A stretch of DNA of 64,000 nt from an uncultured Actinomycetes bacterium (GCA_963755025.1 CAVWIH010000028.1:32001-96000); one strand, 5' to 3'; shown: positions 9,768 to 19,491, numbered from the stretch's first letter. Program-made: numbers and translations. Notes: a model not told the origin generated them from the sequence alone.

Positions 9768-10059
9768 CGGCTCTGTCGTGGCAGGTGACGTGAGGGATCT
9801 CCCTGATGCTACGACCGCGTGGCCGTTCGGGCAACCGAGCACCCTCGGGCGCCGGTCCTTGAGGGGTGGCGGCTGCCGCCCGCGTCCTCTCTGATTGGCT
9901 GTCGGCAGCAGCTTCCCTTCTGATGACGCTGTGGCGGCGGCGGAACCTAACAGGAGTGTCTTCAGTTTTGGCAACGCTGTCGTCCGAGGGGTTGACGGAC
10001 GCTGCGGCGAATCCTGTAAGGTCTCAAGGCCCTCGGAGTTCGGCCGACACTAGGGAGAC

Positions 10060-11403
10060 ATGGTCACTTGCCCGACACGAGCCGACGGTAGGCCGCGCCG
10101 CGCCACGCGACGACGCCTCGCGCTGAGCGCGCTTCTGGCGGCGCTCTGCGCCGCGGCCGGCGCGCTCTTCGTCGCCCCGGTCGCCTTCGCCAAGACCTAC
10201 TCCGACGTGCCCAAAGTGTACTGGGACCGCGGCGACATCACCTGGGTCACCAACCAGGGTCCCGCCGCCGCGCGGGCGCTCGACGACTACGGCGCCCACT
10301 TCAAGCCCGGCCAGGCGGTCACCCGCGAGCAGTTCGCGCGGGCGCTCGTCGTGATCGGCGGCCTCCAGAACGTGACCGTCGCACCAGTCGCCGTCGCCGA
10401 CGTGCCGGCGTCCGACCCGTACTACCCCTACGTGCAGATCGCGCTGCACTTCAAGCTGATGGCGCAGTCCAAGAAGGGCTTTCTGCCGGCCGCGCCCATG
10501 CTCTCGTGGCAGGTCGACGGCGGCGTCGTGCGCCTGCTGCGGCAACTCAATCCCAAGGCCGACTGGAGCATGCTGGGCGCGCTCAACCCCGCCAAGTGGG
10601 AGCCCAACCCGAACTGGAAGACCGGCGCGCCGTCGTACCTGCCCACCGAGGTCGCGGCCCGCGCCCTGGGGCTGCGGTTCAACCATCCGAGCAAGAGCGA
10701 CGCTCTCGAGGTCTCGCCGCGGCAGGCCATCGACCGCGCCGAGACGGCCGAGATCCTCTACCAGGCGCGGCACTTGTCGTCGTGGGCCATCTCCGAGCTC
10801 GCCGTGTACGACAACGTCACCTTCCCCACCCTGACCGACCGCCAGAAGCAGATCGTGACCTTCGCCTTCAAGTACATCGGTTACCCCTATGTCTGGGGTG
10901 GCGAGTATCCGACTAAGGACTCTCCGTACGGCGCCCAGGCCCACGGCGGCTTCGACTGCTCTGGCTTCGACTGGTGGGTAATGAAGATGCACTTCGGCTA
11001 CACGATCAACGAGCGTGTCGCGGCCGACATGGCGGCCGCCGCCAAGCCGCGCATACCGCTCGCCAAGCTCGTCACCGGCGACCTCATGTTCTTCGGGCCC
11101 AACGGGCCCAAGTCGACCGCCGCCTCCGTCTACCACGCGGCGCTCTACCTGGGCAACGGCTGGTTCATCCAGTCGACGGGCTCGTCCGACGGCGTCAGCA
11201 TCGCCTCGGTCACCGCCGACTCCTACTGGAAGGCTGCCTTTGCCTGGGGTCGCCGGGTGCTCAAGAAGGGCGAGTTCACGCCGGTGCCCGCCACGGCCGG
11301 CCTGCTCGCCGCGGTCGCGCCGGCCGCTTCGCCCGCACCCGTCACAGCCGCGAGCGCCACGTCCGCGGCCACGCCGACGCCGGTCGCCGCGCCGCTGCCG
11401 TGA
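10060..11403 (+). CDS. Secreted NlpC/P60 peptidoglycan endopeptidase with SLH-like N-terminus
   Basis: Motifs YIGYPYVWGG, FDCSG, GDLMFF, HAALYLG. SLH-like FKPGQAVTREQFA and IDRAETA. Confidence 0.9.
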   Translation: MVTCPTRADGRPRRATRRRLALSALLAALCAAAGALFVAPVAFAKTYSDVPKVYWDRGDITWVTNQGPAAARALDDYGAHFKPGQAVTREQFARALVVIGGLQNVTVAPVAVADVPASDPYYPYVQIALHFKLMAQSKKGFLPAAPMLSWQVDGGVVRLLRQLNPKADWSMLGALNPAKWEPNPNWKTGAPSYLPTEVAARALGLRFNHPSKSDALEVSPRQAIDRAETAEILYQARHLSSWAISELAVYDNVTFPTLTDRQKQIVTFAFKYIGYPYVWGGEYPTKDSPYGAQAHGGFDCSGFDWWVMKMHFGYTINERVAADMAAAAKPRIPLAKLVTGDLMFFGPNGPKSTAASVYHAALYLGNGWFIQSTGSSDGVSIASVTADSYWKAAFAWGRRVLKKGEFTPVPATAGLLAAVAPAASPAPVTAASATSAATPTPVAAPLP

Positions 11404-11801
11404 AAAAGGCGGCCGTGCTGGTCCTGTTCGTCGTAGCCCTGACCGGCGCCGTGCTGGTCGCCGCCGAACGCGCCCGCTCGCTCGACGTCGTCGCCGCCCG
11501 CCCCCCGGCCGGGGTGGTCTCGCTGCCGGCCGTCGTGCGTTCGAACCACGTCATGGTCATGGCTGCGCTCCGCGTCCGCGACAACGGCGTGATCGAGCTG
11601 CGTTTCAGCAACGACGGCGTCACCTGGAGCGGCTGGCAGGGCTTTCCCAGCCCCGCGCCCGGCGGTTCGCTGCTCGTGCCTTGGCGCCTGGCGCGCGGCG
11701 CCGGCGCCAAGACGGTGGTCGTCGAAGCCCGCGACGACGCCGGGCTGGTGGCTACCTTCCGGGCGTCCACCATGCTCGAGCCTTCGGTGGCGACCCGCTA
11801 A
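11400..11801 (+). CDS. Small exported hypothetical protein
   Basis: GTG overlaps the upstream stop (GTGA). N-terminal hydrophobic signal. RFSNDGVTWSGW and GAKTVVVEARD resemble an Ig-like surface module. Confidence 0.7.
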   Translation: MKKAAVLVLFVVALTGAVLVAAERARSLDVVAARPPAGVVSLPAVVRSNHVMVMAALRVRDNGVIELRFSNDGVTWSGWQGFPSPAPGGSLLVPWRLARGAGAKTVVVEARDDAGLVATFRASTMLEPSVATR

Positions 11802-12799
11802 GACAGTCCCTGGTACTGACGCTCGTAGTAGCGTCGCCACTCGCCCGACTTGATCTTCTCCCACCACTCGCGGTGCCGCGCGTACCAGGCCACGGTGCGC
11901 GCGAGGCCTGCGGCAAAGTCGACCCGCGGCTCCCAGCCCAGGGCGCGCACCTTGGCGCAGTCGAGGGCGTAGCGGCGGTCGTGACCCGGCCGGTCGGCCA
12001 CGTAGCGCAACAGCTCCTCGCCCAGGCCGAGCTCGGCGAGGATGCCGTGCGTGAGGTCGATGTTGGCCACTTCGTTGCCGCCGCCGACGTTGTAGACCTC
12101 GCCGTCGGCGCCGCTGCGCAGCACCAGGTCGAGCGCCCGGCAGTTGTCGTCGACGTAGATCCAGTCGCGCACGTTGCGACCGTCTCCGTAGACGGGCAAG
12201 GGCAGGCCGTCGAGCGCGTTGGTGATGAACAGCGGCACGATCTTCTCGGGGTACTGCCAGGGGCCGTAGTTGTTGGAGCTGCGCGTCACGACGACCGGCG
12301 TACCGTAGGTGCGCCGGTAGGCCAGCACGATCAGCTCGCCGCCTGCCTTGCTGGCCGAGTAGGGGCTCGAAGGCCGCAGCGCGTCGGTCTCGACCGAGGC
12401 GCCCTCGGCGACGTCGCCGTAGACCTCGTCGGTCGAGATCTGCACGAAGCGCCCGACTCCGCGGGCGCGCACCGCCTCGAGCAGCACGTGCGTGCCGATC
12501 ACGTCGGTGCGGATGAAGTCGTCGGGACCGCTGATGGAGCGGTCGACGTGGGTCTCGGCCGCGAAGTTGACGATCGCGTCGGCGCCAGCCGCGACCCGGT
12601 CGACGGCCGCCGGGTCGCAGATGTCGCCCTTGACGAACGTGTAGCGCGGATCGCCGGCCACGTCGCGCAGGTTGTCGAGGTTGCCGGCGTAGGTGAGCTT
12701 GTCGAGCACGACGACCTCGTCGGCCGAGTGCTCGGCCAGCAGGTGGCGCACGAAGTTGGAGCCGATAAAGCCGGCGCCGCCGGTGACCACGATCCTCAT
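11798..12799 (-). CDS. rmlB: dTDP-glucose 4,6-dehydratase
   Basis: Motifs VTGGAGFIGSNF, DKLTYAGN, AAETHVDRSI, STDEVYG, YSASK, DRPGHDRRY. Confidence 0.97.
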   Translation of the reverse strand: MRIVVTGGAGFIGSNFVRHLLAEHSADEVVVLDKLTYAGNLDNLRDVAGDPRYTFVKGDICDPAAVDRVAAGADAIVNFAAETHVDRSISGPDDFIRTDVIGTHVLLEAVRARGVGRFVQISTDEVYGDVAEGASVETDALRPSSPYSASKAGGELIVLAYRRTYGTPVVVTRSSNNYGPWQYPEKIVPLFITNALDGLPLPVYGDGRNVRDWIYVDDNCRALDLVLRSGADGEVYNVGGGNEVANIDLTHGILAELGLGEELLRYVADRPGHDRRYALDCAKVRALGWEPRVDFAAGLARTVAWYARHREWWEKIKSGEWRRYYERQYQGLS

Positions 12800-13734
12800 G
12801 ACGTCCTCTCCCGCTCGCGGGCGCCGCGGCGCCGCCGCCGCCTCATCGGTGTCCAGCAGCTCGTCGACGACGGCCGCCACGCCGTCTTGCCAGGCGGGCG
12901 GCTGCGGGATGCCGCGCTCGCTGGCGAGCGGGCTGAAGGCCGGCCGCGGCGCCGGGCGGCCGGCCTGCGCCGTCGTGATCGGCTCGACGGCGACGGCGAG
13001 GCCGGCCAGGGCCACGACCTCGCGGGCCAGCTCGCACCAGCTGCAGGCGCCGCCCCCCGCCATGTGGTAGAGCCCCGGCCCCAGGCCGCCCTGCAGCGCG
13101 TCGAGCACGCACGACGCCAGGTGGTCGGCGTTGGTCGGCGACCCGACCTGGTCGTCGACCACGCGCAGCGGCTCGGCCGGGCGTCCGCGGGGCGTGCGGC
13201 GGCGCGCTCGCGCGCCGCCGCGAGGATCGTCTTGATGAAGTTGCGGCCGGTCGCCGAGAACAGCCACGCGGTGCGGATCACCGTGCCGTGCGGCCAGGCG
13301 AGCGTCTCGTGCTCCTGTGCGAGCTTGGTGGCCCCGTAGACGTTCAGGGGGTGGGGCTCGTCGTGCTCGACGTACGGCGCGCCCTTGCGGCCGTCGAAGA
13401 CGTAGTCGCTCGAGAACGACACCACCTGGGCGTGGGTGCCGTGCACGGCCTCGATCAGGTGCCGGGTGCCGAGCACGTTCACGGCGCGCGCCGTGGCCGC
13501 GTCGGCCTCGGCGCCGTCGACGTCGGTGTAGGCGGCAGTGTGCAGCACGACGTCGGGCCGGAAGGCGCGCATCGCGGCCGCCACGCCGGGCGCGTCGCGC
13601 AGGTCGAGGATCGCCTCGTGGGCGACATACACCTCGCCCGGGAGGAGGGCCTCGAACGCGGTCGCGAGCTGGCCGCCGCCGCCGGTGAGGAACCAGCGCG
13701 TGCGGGCGCCGAGAGCGGAGCGAGGGCCGGGCAT
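12796..13734 (-). CDS. rmlD: dTDP-4-dehydrorhamnose reductase (two compensating frameshifts, near 13200 and 12850)
   Basis: TGGGGQLA, AAYTDVDGAE, SSDYVFDG, YGATK in one frame; VVDDQVGSPT and APRP in another. The original frame ends in an ATGA overlap with rmlB. Confidence 0.88.
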   Translation of the reverse strand: MPGPRSALGARTRWFLTGGGGQLATAFEALLPGEVYVAHEAILDLRDAPGVAAAMRAFRPDVVLHTAAYTDVDGAEADAATARAVNVLGTRHLIEAVHGTHAQVVSFSSDYVFDGRKGAPYVEHDEPHPLNVYGATKLAQEHETLAWPHGTVIRTAWLFSATGRNFIKTILAAARERAAARPADARPSRCAWSTTRSGRRPTPTTWRRACSTRCRAAWGRGSTTWRGAAPAAGASWPARSWPWPASPSPSSRSRRRRPAARRRGRPSARSPASAASRSRPPGKTAWRPSSTSCWTPMRRRRRRGARERERTS

Positions 13735-13756
13735 GCGGGTCGGGCGAGGCCGCGCG

Positions 13757-14212
13757 CTAGCGCAGCCGAACGCCCCAGTCGTACGGGATCTGGTCGGTGT
13801 CGGGCGGCAGCTCGTCCTGGTCGGGCGCGGCGTAGTCGTAGAGCTCGGTCGGCGCGTTCACAATGAAGGCCTCGTCGGTGCTCACGCACTTCCAGCCGTG
13901 CTGGACCTCGGGCGGCACGCGCACGAGCAGCGGGTTGTGGTCGCCCATGAAGAACTCGTCGATGCGCCCCTCGCTGGGGGAGCCCGCGCGGCCGTCGAAG
14001 AGCACGAGCTTGATCATGCCCTTGACGCACACGATGTTGTCGTACTGCTTGTGGTGCAGGTGCCAGCCTTTGACGACGCCGGGCAGGGTCGTCGTCATGT
14101 AGAGCTGGCCGAACTTGAGGAACAGCTCGTCGTCGGAGCGCAGGCATTCCATGAGGTGGCCGCGCTCGTCGGGGATCACCCGCAGCGTCTTTCGCATCAC
14201 ACCGTCGATCAT
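13757..14212 (-). CDS. rmlC: dTDP-4-dehydrorhamnose 3,5-epimerase family protein
   Basis: Cupin motifs DERG and VKGWHLH. Position within the rml operon. Confidence 0.92.
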   Translation of the reverse strand: MIDGVMRKTLRVIPDERGHLMECLRSDDELFLKFGQLYMTTTLPGVVKGWHLHHKQYDNIVCVKGMIKLVLFDGRAGSPSEGRIDEFFMGDHNPLLVRVPPEVQHGWKCVSTDEAFIVNAPTELYDYAAPDQDELPPDTDQIPYDWGVRLR

Positions 14213-14233
14213 CGGGCCCCCTTGTGGCTTTGG

Positions 14234-15295
14234 TCAGATCACGCCGATGCGACTCGAGTCGCCCACCATGAAGCGGTAGGCGGCCGGGCGGCCTTCGGTG
14301 TGGCAGATGGTGACGTCGTTGCCGATCAGGCTGTCGCAGAGTCGCGCCTTGAGGCCCGAGATGCGGCTGTTGGCCAGGATGATGGAGTGCTCGATCTCGG
14401 CGTGGTCGACCGTCACGCCGTGGTAGATCGCAGTGTACGGGCCGATGAAGGCGTCGGTGAGCTCGCAGCCGTGACCGATCGTGACGGGGCCGCGCACGGT
14501 GCAGCGCGTGAGGACGCTGCCGGCTTCGATGGCGACGGGCCCCTCGATCAGGCAGTCGACGGTCTCGCCGCGCACGTCGCGCACGAGGCCGCCCAGGATG
14601 AGGCGGTTGGCCTCGAGCATGTCCTCGAGGCGCCCGGTGTCCTTCCACCAGCCGGTCACCACGTGCGACTGCACCTTCAGGCCGCGGTCGACCATGTGCT
14701 GGATGGCATCGGTGATCTCGAGCTCGCCGCGGACCGACGGCGAGATCGCCTTGACGCTCTCGAAGATCTGGGCGGTGAACAGGTACACCCCGACCAGGGC
14801 GAGGTCGCTGCGCGGCGCGGCCGGCTTTTCGACCAAGCTCACGACGACACCGTCTGAGATCTCGGCCACGCCGTACGACTGCGGGTCGGGTACGTGCTGC
14901 AGCAGGATCATGGCGTCGGGCGCGCTGCGCGTGAAGCGCTCGACGAACGGCACGATGCCGTCTTTCAGCAGGTTGTCGCCCAGGTACATGACGAACGGCT
15001 CGGCGCCCAGGTAGTCCTCGGCGATGAGCACGGCGTGCGCCAGGCCGAGGGGCGCTTGTTGGCGCAGGTAGGTGACGCGCAGTCCCCAGCGGGAGCCGTC
15101 GCCGACCGCAGCTTCGACTTCGGCGTGGGTGTCGCCCACGACGATACCGACCTCGGTGACGCCGGCCTGGCGCATGGCCTCGAGGCCGTAGAAGAGGATC
15201 GGCTTGTTGGCCACGGGCACGAGCTGCTTGGCCGAGGTGTGGGTGATGGGCCGCAGCCTGGTGCCCGCGCCGCCGCTTAAGATGAGGCCTTTCAC
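14234..15295 (-). CDS. rmlA: Glucose-1-phosphate thymidylyltransferase (long form)
   Basis: GLILSGGAGTRLRPITHTSAKQLVPVANKP, YLGDN, RGELEITD, WKDTG, C-terminal beta-helix. Confidence 0.96.
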   Translation of the reverse strand: MKGLILSGGAGTRLRPITHTSAKQLVPVANKPILFYGLEAMRQAGVTEVGIVVGDTHAEVEAAVGDGSRWGLRVTYLRQQAPLGLAHAVLIAEDYLGAEPFVMYLGDNLLKDGIVPFVERFTRSAPDAMILLQHVPDPQSYGVAEISDGVVVSLVEKPAAPRSDLALVGVYLFTAQIFESVKAISPSVRGELEITDAIQHMVDRGLKVQSHVVTGWWKDTGRLEDMLEANRLILGGLVRDVRGETVDCLIEGPVAIEAGSVLTRCTVRGPVTIGHGCELTDAFIGPYTAIYHGVTVDHAEIEHSIILANSRISGLKARLCDSLIGNDVTICHTEGRPAAYRFMVGDSSRIGVI

Positions 15296-15320
15296 CGGTC
15301 CGGCGCGCGTCCGCGCGGGC

Positions 15321-15611
15321 CTAGATCGACTCGTAGTCGTCGAGCTCGTCGTCGCTCTCGGTGGAGATGAGGTCGAGGACGTCGTGCTCATCGACCGCCT
15401 TGCCCATGAAGACGAGGCTCGTCTTGTCGGGAGGGCCGACCCACAGGCTGACGCGGTCGCCCGCAGCAAAGACGACCGGTCGTCCGTCGCGCAGCACGTT
15501 GGTGAGCGTGGAGTGCTCGACGTCGCGCGTGACTTCGGCCGAGTCGATCGGCAGCGGGTCGGCGTCGTTGACCTGCAGGCGGGGCTGTCTCTGTCCGTCG
15601 ATGTTCACCAC
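15321..15611 (-). CDS. Small acidic hypothetical protein, probably leaderless, heading the rml operon
   Basis: 96-aa ORF with coding-like codon use. TATACT -10 lies 5 nt before the GTG start. Confidence 0.7.
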   Translation of the reverse strand: MVNIDGQRQPRLQVNDADPLPIDSAEVTRDVEHSTLTNVLRDGRPVVFAAGDRVSLWVGPPDKTSLVFMGKAVDEHDVLDLISTESDDELDDYESI

Positions 15612-15758
15612 CGCGGAGTATATAGCAGCTCAGTCGCACGCGCGCGGCAAGTCCCCGCGCTACGGCGCCCTGCTTGATGTGCCGCTGGCGAGGGGGTTTA
15701 CTGAGCGGGTGGGGGTAGCGCGACCGCGCCCGGCCCTCGCTACAAGGGGGGGAGCGCC

Positions 15759-17612
15759 ATGGGTACTGTTTCGCGGGGCCGTTCGCGGCGGCGCCTTCTG
15801 GGCGCCGGCGTGGCCGTCGTCCTTGCGGCCGGCCTCGTCTGGGGCCTCGCCGGAGCGCTGGCGACCAGCAGCAGCCCGCCGCCGGCCGGCAAGGTCGTGC
15901 TGAAGATCGGCATGACCAACATCCCCGACAACCTGAACCCCTTCGTCGGGCAGATGTCGTCGTGCTACGAGATCTGGTCGCTCGACTACGACCTCATGGT
16001 CGGCTTCAGCCCGGGCGACTACAGCCACCCCCAGGGTGCGGCCGCCACCGGCCTCGCCGACCACTGGACGGTCTCCGACGGCGGCCGGGTGTGGACCTTC
16101 CACATCCGCTCGGGCGTCAAGTGGCAGGACGGCGTGCCGCTCACCGCCCACGACGTCGCCTTCACCTACAACTACGTCATCAAGAACCAGCTCAGCAACT
16201 ACACGATGTACACCAACTTCGTGAAGAACGTGACCGCCCCCGACGACAACACCGTCGTGTTCACCTGCAGCAGGCCCAAGGCCAACATGCTCAACATGTG
16301 GGTCTACATCGTGCCGCAGCACATCTGGGGCTCGGTCTCGGGCAAGTCGGCGGCCGGCGACTACCAGAACTCGCCGCCCATCGTGGGCAGCGGGCCCTTC
16401 CAGCTCACTCAGTACAAGAAAGACAGCTACGCCATCATGACGGCCAACAAGAGCTACTGGGCCGGCGCCCCCAAGATCGACCAGGTCGATTTCATCTACT
16501 ACCAGAACGCCGACACCATGGTGCAGGAGATGAAGACCGGTTCGCTGCAGGGCGCCTGGGGCGTGCTCGAGGCGCAGTATCGCCAGCTCAAGACCGACCC
16601 CACCTACAAGCCGCTGGCCTTCATCGACCCCGAGCTCGACGAGCTCGGCTTCAACTGCTACACGGGCTCCTCGCTGGGCAATCCCGTCCTCAGGGACTGG
16701 CACTTCCGTCAGGCGCTGCAGTGGGCGGTCGATCACAACAAGCTCGTGCAGATCGCCTACGGCGGCCTCGCCCAGCCGGCCACCTCGGTGCTCGTCTCGC
16801 ACCTGTGGAGCAACCCCGACTGGCACTGGGAGCCGCCCTCCGGCCAGGCCTACACCTTCGACCTGGCCAAGGCCGGCCAGATGCTGACCGCCGCCGGCTA
16901 CCCGCTCAAGAACGGCGTGCGCCTGAACAAGCAGGGCAAGCCCATCGTGCTGCGCCTGTTCACGAGGAGCGACTCGCAGTCCAGCCAGTCGGCCGGCAAG
17001 CTGATCGCCGGCTGGTTCGACAAGCTGGGGCTCAAGATCAACCTGTCGGTCATGGACGACGGCGTCATCCAGGACGACCAGTACAACATGAAGGGCAACA
17101 CCTTCGAGCCCAACTACGACATGTTCCTCTGGGGTTGGGGCGGCGACCCCGACCCCAACTTCATCATGAGCATCTTCACGACCGCCCAGATCAACAGCTG
17201 GAGCGACTGCGCCTGGTCCGACCCGCAGTACGACAAGCTCTTCCTCGAGCAGCAGACCACGATCGACCAGACCAAGCGGGCTGCCATCGTGCACCGGATG
17301 GAGCAGATCATCTACCAGCAGTCGCCGTACATCCCCACCGTCTACCCCGAGTCGGTCGAGGCCTACGACTACACCGGCTGGCAGGGCTGGTCGACGACTC
17401 CCGGCAAGGGCGGCGGCGTGTTCTTCACCTCACCGGTCATGGCGAGCTACCTGAGCGTGCATCCGGCGACGGCGGCCGCTACGGCGGCCGCGCAATCGAG
17501 CTCGAAGGGACTGCTGATCGCCGCGGTCGTGGTCATCGTGCTGGTGATGGTGATCGTCGCCCTGATCGTGGCGCTGCGCAGCCGCAAGCGCCAGGTCGAG
17601 GAGATCCAGTAG
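15759..17612 (+). CDS. ABC transporter substrate-binding protein, family 5 (OppA/DppA-like), with C-terminal membrane anchor
   Basis: WTFHIRSGVKWQDGVPLTAHDVAFT, GSGPF, RQALQWAVD. SRRRLL twin-arginine-like leader. C-terminal TM plus basic tail. Confidence 0.93.
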   Translation: MGTVSRGRSRRRLLGAGVAVVLAAGLVWGLAGALATSSSPPPAGKVVLKIGMTNIPDNLNPFVGQMSSCYEIWSLDYDLMVGFSPGDYSHPQGAAATGLADHWTVSDGGRVWTFHIRSGVKWQDGVPLTAHDVAFTYNYVIKNQLSNYTMYTNFVKNVTAPDDNTVVFTCSRPKANMLNMWVYIVPQHIWGSVSGKSAAGDYQNSPPIVGSGPFQLTQYKKDSYAIMTANKSYWAGAPKIDQVDFIYYQNADTMVQEMKTGSLQGAWGVLEAQYRQLKTDPTYKPLAFIDPELDELGFNCYTGSSLGNPVLRDWHFRQALQWAVDHNKLVQIAYGGLAQPATSVLVSHLWSNPDWHWEPPSGQAYTFDLAKAGQMLTAAGYPLKNGVRLNKQGKPIVLRLFTRSDSQSSQSAGKLIAGWFDKLGLKINLSVMDDGVIQDDQYNMKGNTFEPNYDMFLWGWGGDPDPNFIMSIFTTAQINSWSDCAWSDPQYDKLFLEQQTTIDQTKRAAIVHRMEQIIYQQSPYIPTVYPESVEAYDYTGWQGWSTTPGKGGGVFFTSPVMASYLSVHPATAAATAAAQSSSKGLLIAAVVVIVLVMVIVALIVALRSRKRQVEEIQ

Positions 17613-17627
17613 GGCCGCTGCCGACGG

Positions 17628-17657
17628 GCAGGCCCGCGCGGTCGCGCGGGCCTGCCG
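17628..17657 (+). terminator. GC-rich hairpin after the OppA-like gene
   Basis: ggcaggcccgcgcg / cgcgcgggcctgcc inverted repeat with no U-tract. Confidence 0.45.
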
Positions 17658-17712
17658 GCGCGCCCGACGTCGTCGGGGCGCGCCACCCGGCGCTCGGGGT
17701 AGACTGAGCGCC

Positions 17713-19092
17713 ATGGACAGCCTGTTCAGCCCGTCCGACGAACAGCTCACGGCCGGCGCGCCGCTCGCCGCCCGCATGCGGCCGCCCACGCTCGCCGGCT
17801 TCGTCGGGCAGCGCGCCATCGTGGGGCCGGGCACCATCCTGCGGGCCGCGGTCGAACGCGGCGAGCTGTTCTCGATGATCTTCTGGGGGCCGCCCGGCTC
17901 GGGCAAGACGACGCTCGCTCGGGCGATCGCCGGCGAGACCGGCGCGCGCCTCGAACAGCTCTCGGCGGTGAGCTCGGGCACGGCCGACGTGCGGGCCGCG
18001 ATTAAGGCGGCGCGCGAGGCGCGGACCCTCTCGTCGCAGCGCACGCTGCTGTTCATCGACGAGATCCACCGCTTCAACAAGGCGCAGCAGGACGCGCTGC
18101 TGCCGGCCATCGAAGACGCACTGGTCTACCTGATCGGCGCGACCACCGAGAACCCCTACTTCGAGGTCAACTCGGCGCTGCTGTCGCGCTGTCAGCTCTA
18201 TCGCTTTGCGCGCCTCACCGACGACGACGTCGCCACGCTCGTGCAGCGCGCCCTCGACGACCGCCGACACGGCCTCGGTGAGCTGGGGCTGACACTCGGC
18301 GACGGCGCCCTGGCGTTCCTCATAGAGGTGGCGCGCGGCGACGCCCGCGTGGCGTTGAACGCCCTCGAGACCGCGGTGCGTTCGCGCGGCTTGGGGTCGG
18401 GTTCGGTCGCGGCGACGATCACCGTCGACGACCTGAAGGACGCCGCCCAGAAGAAGCCGCTGAACTACGACCGGCAGGACGCCCACTACGACACGGTCTC
18501 GGCCTTCATCAAATCGATGCGCGGCAGCGACCCCGACGCCGTCGAGTACTACCTGGCGGCCATGCTGGCGGGCGGCGAAGACCCCAAGTTCATCGCCCGG
18601 CGCATCATCGTCTTCGCCAGCGAAGACGTCGGCAACGCCGATCCCCGCGCTCTTGAGGTGGCGGTGGCGGCGGCCCGCGCCGTCGAGTTCGTGGGCCTGC
18701 CCGAGGGCCGCATCAACCTGAGCCAGGCCGCCCTGTACATGGCGCTCGCCCCTAAGAGCAACGCCGCCTACAAGGCGGTCGACGCCGCCATGGCCGACGT
18801 GGAACGGCGCGGCAACGAACCGCCGCCACCCCATCTGCGCAGCGCGAACTGTCGTGGCGCAAAGGACTTGGGCCATGGCGCGGGGTACAAGTACCCGCAC
18901 GCTTACGGCGGCTGGGTCGAGCAGCAGTATCTGCCCGACGCGCTGCGCGGCGTGAGCTACTTCACGGCGCAGCGCGGCGTCGAGCTCGAGCTCGCGCAGC
19001 GACTCGAGGAGCTCAAGCGGCGCGCCGACCGGCCCGCGCCAGACGGTGCGGGCGGTCCCGGCGCGGAAGGCGACGACGGGGGGGAGAGCTAG
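17713..19092 (+). CDS. rarA: Replication-associated recombination protein A (MgsA/RarA AAA+ ATPase)
   Basis: PLAARMRP, WGPPGSGKTT, FIDEIHRFNKAQQD, GATTENP, SAFIKSMRGSD. TAGACT 7 nt before the ATG suggests a leaderless transcript. Confidence 0.97.
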   Translation: MDSLFSPSDEQLTAGAPLAARMRPPTLAGFVGQRAIVGPGTILRAAVERGELFSMIFWGPPGSGKTTLARAIAGETGARLEQLSAVSSGTADVRAAIKAAREARTLSSQRTLLFIDEIHRFNKAQQDALLPAIEDALVYLIGATTENPYFEVNSALLSRCQLYRFARLTDDDVATLVQRALDDRRHGLGELGLTLGDGALAFLIEVARGDARVALNALETAVRSRGLGSGSVAATITVDDLKDAAQKKPLNYDRQDAHYDTVSAFIKSMRGSDPDAVEYYLAAMLAGGEDPKFIARRIIVFASEDVGNADPRALEVAVAAARAVEFVGLPEGRINLSQAALYMALAPKSNAAYKAVDAAMADVERRGNEPPPPHLRSANCRGAKDLGHGAGYKYPHAYGGWVEQQYLPDALRGVSYFTAQRGVELELAQRLEELKRRADRPAPDGAGGPGAEGDDGGES

Positions 19093-19491
19093 ATGGGTTG
19101 GGCGACACTCATGATCGTCACGATCGTGGTGCTGGTCGTGGTGGGCGCGGTGCTGTACTCGTATGCGACGCGCGTCAAGCGCAGCCTCGACGAGCCGATG
19201 ACCGCCGCGCTCGTGACCCAGGCGCCGCTCAGGGTCACGCTGACCGAGAAGAGCGCGGCCAGCCTGACGCACCTCTCGCAGGAGCCGATCCTCATCAAGC
19301 AGGCCGAAGACGGCCTGCGCGTGCAGCTCGACAATCGCCCGCTCGTGCCGATCGCCATCCTCACCGACCATGCCGCGGCCACCGCACTGCGCGAGATCGT
19401 GGCCGGCGCCAGCCAGCAGTACGGAGCCTGCTGGACGGCCCTCGTCATACCGGCCGGCGACGGCTCGGTGTCGGTGCAGCGCCTGTCCTGA
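19093..19491 (+). CDS. Hypothetical single-pass membrane protein
   Basis: Starts immediately after the rarA stop. N-terminal TM helix. Good codon use. Confidence 0.75.
   Translation: MGWATLMIVTIVVLVVVGAVLYSYATRVKRSLDEPMTAALVTQAPLRVTLTEKSAASLTHLSQEPILIKQAEDGLRVQLDNRPLVPIAILTDHAAATALREIVAGASQQYGACWTALVIPAGDGSVSVQRLS

Noticed and set aside
9770-10059. c-di-AMP (ydaO) or other riboswitch ahead of the wall hydrolases
   Set aside because: Only a short resemblance (gcgaatcctgtaagg). The remaining conserved elements are absent. An Rfam scan would settle it.
11798-13267. Apparent RmlD C-terminus fused in frame to RmlB
   Set aside because: The original rmlD frame ends in a normal ATGA overlap with the rmlB start, so two compensating indels explain it.
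11015-13339. Long antisense or alternate-frame ORFs (also 17533..19503, 23549..25183, 51648..53900, 63003..63998 and many others)
   Set aside because: Arg/Ala/Pro-rich shadow ORFs expected at this GC content, overlapping genes with clear motifs.
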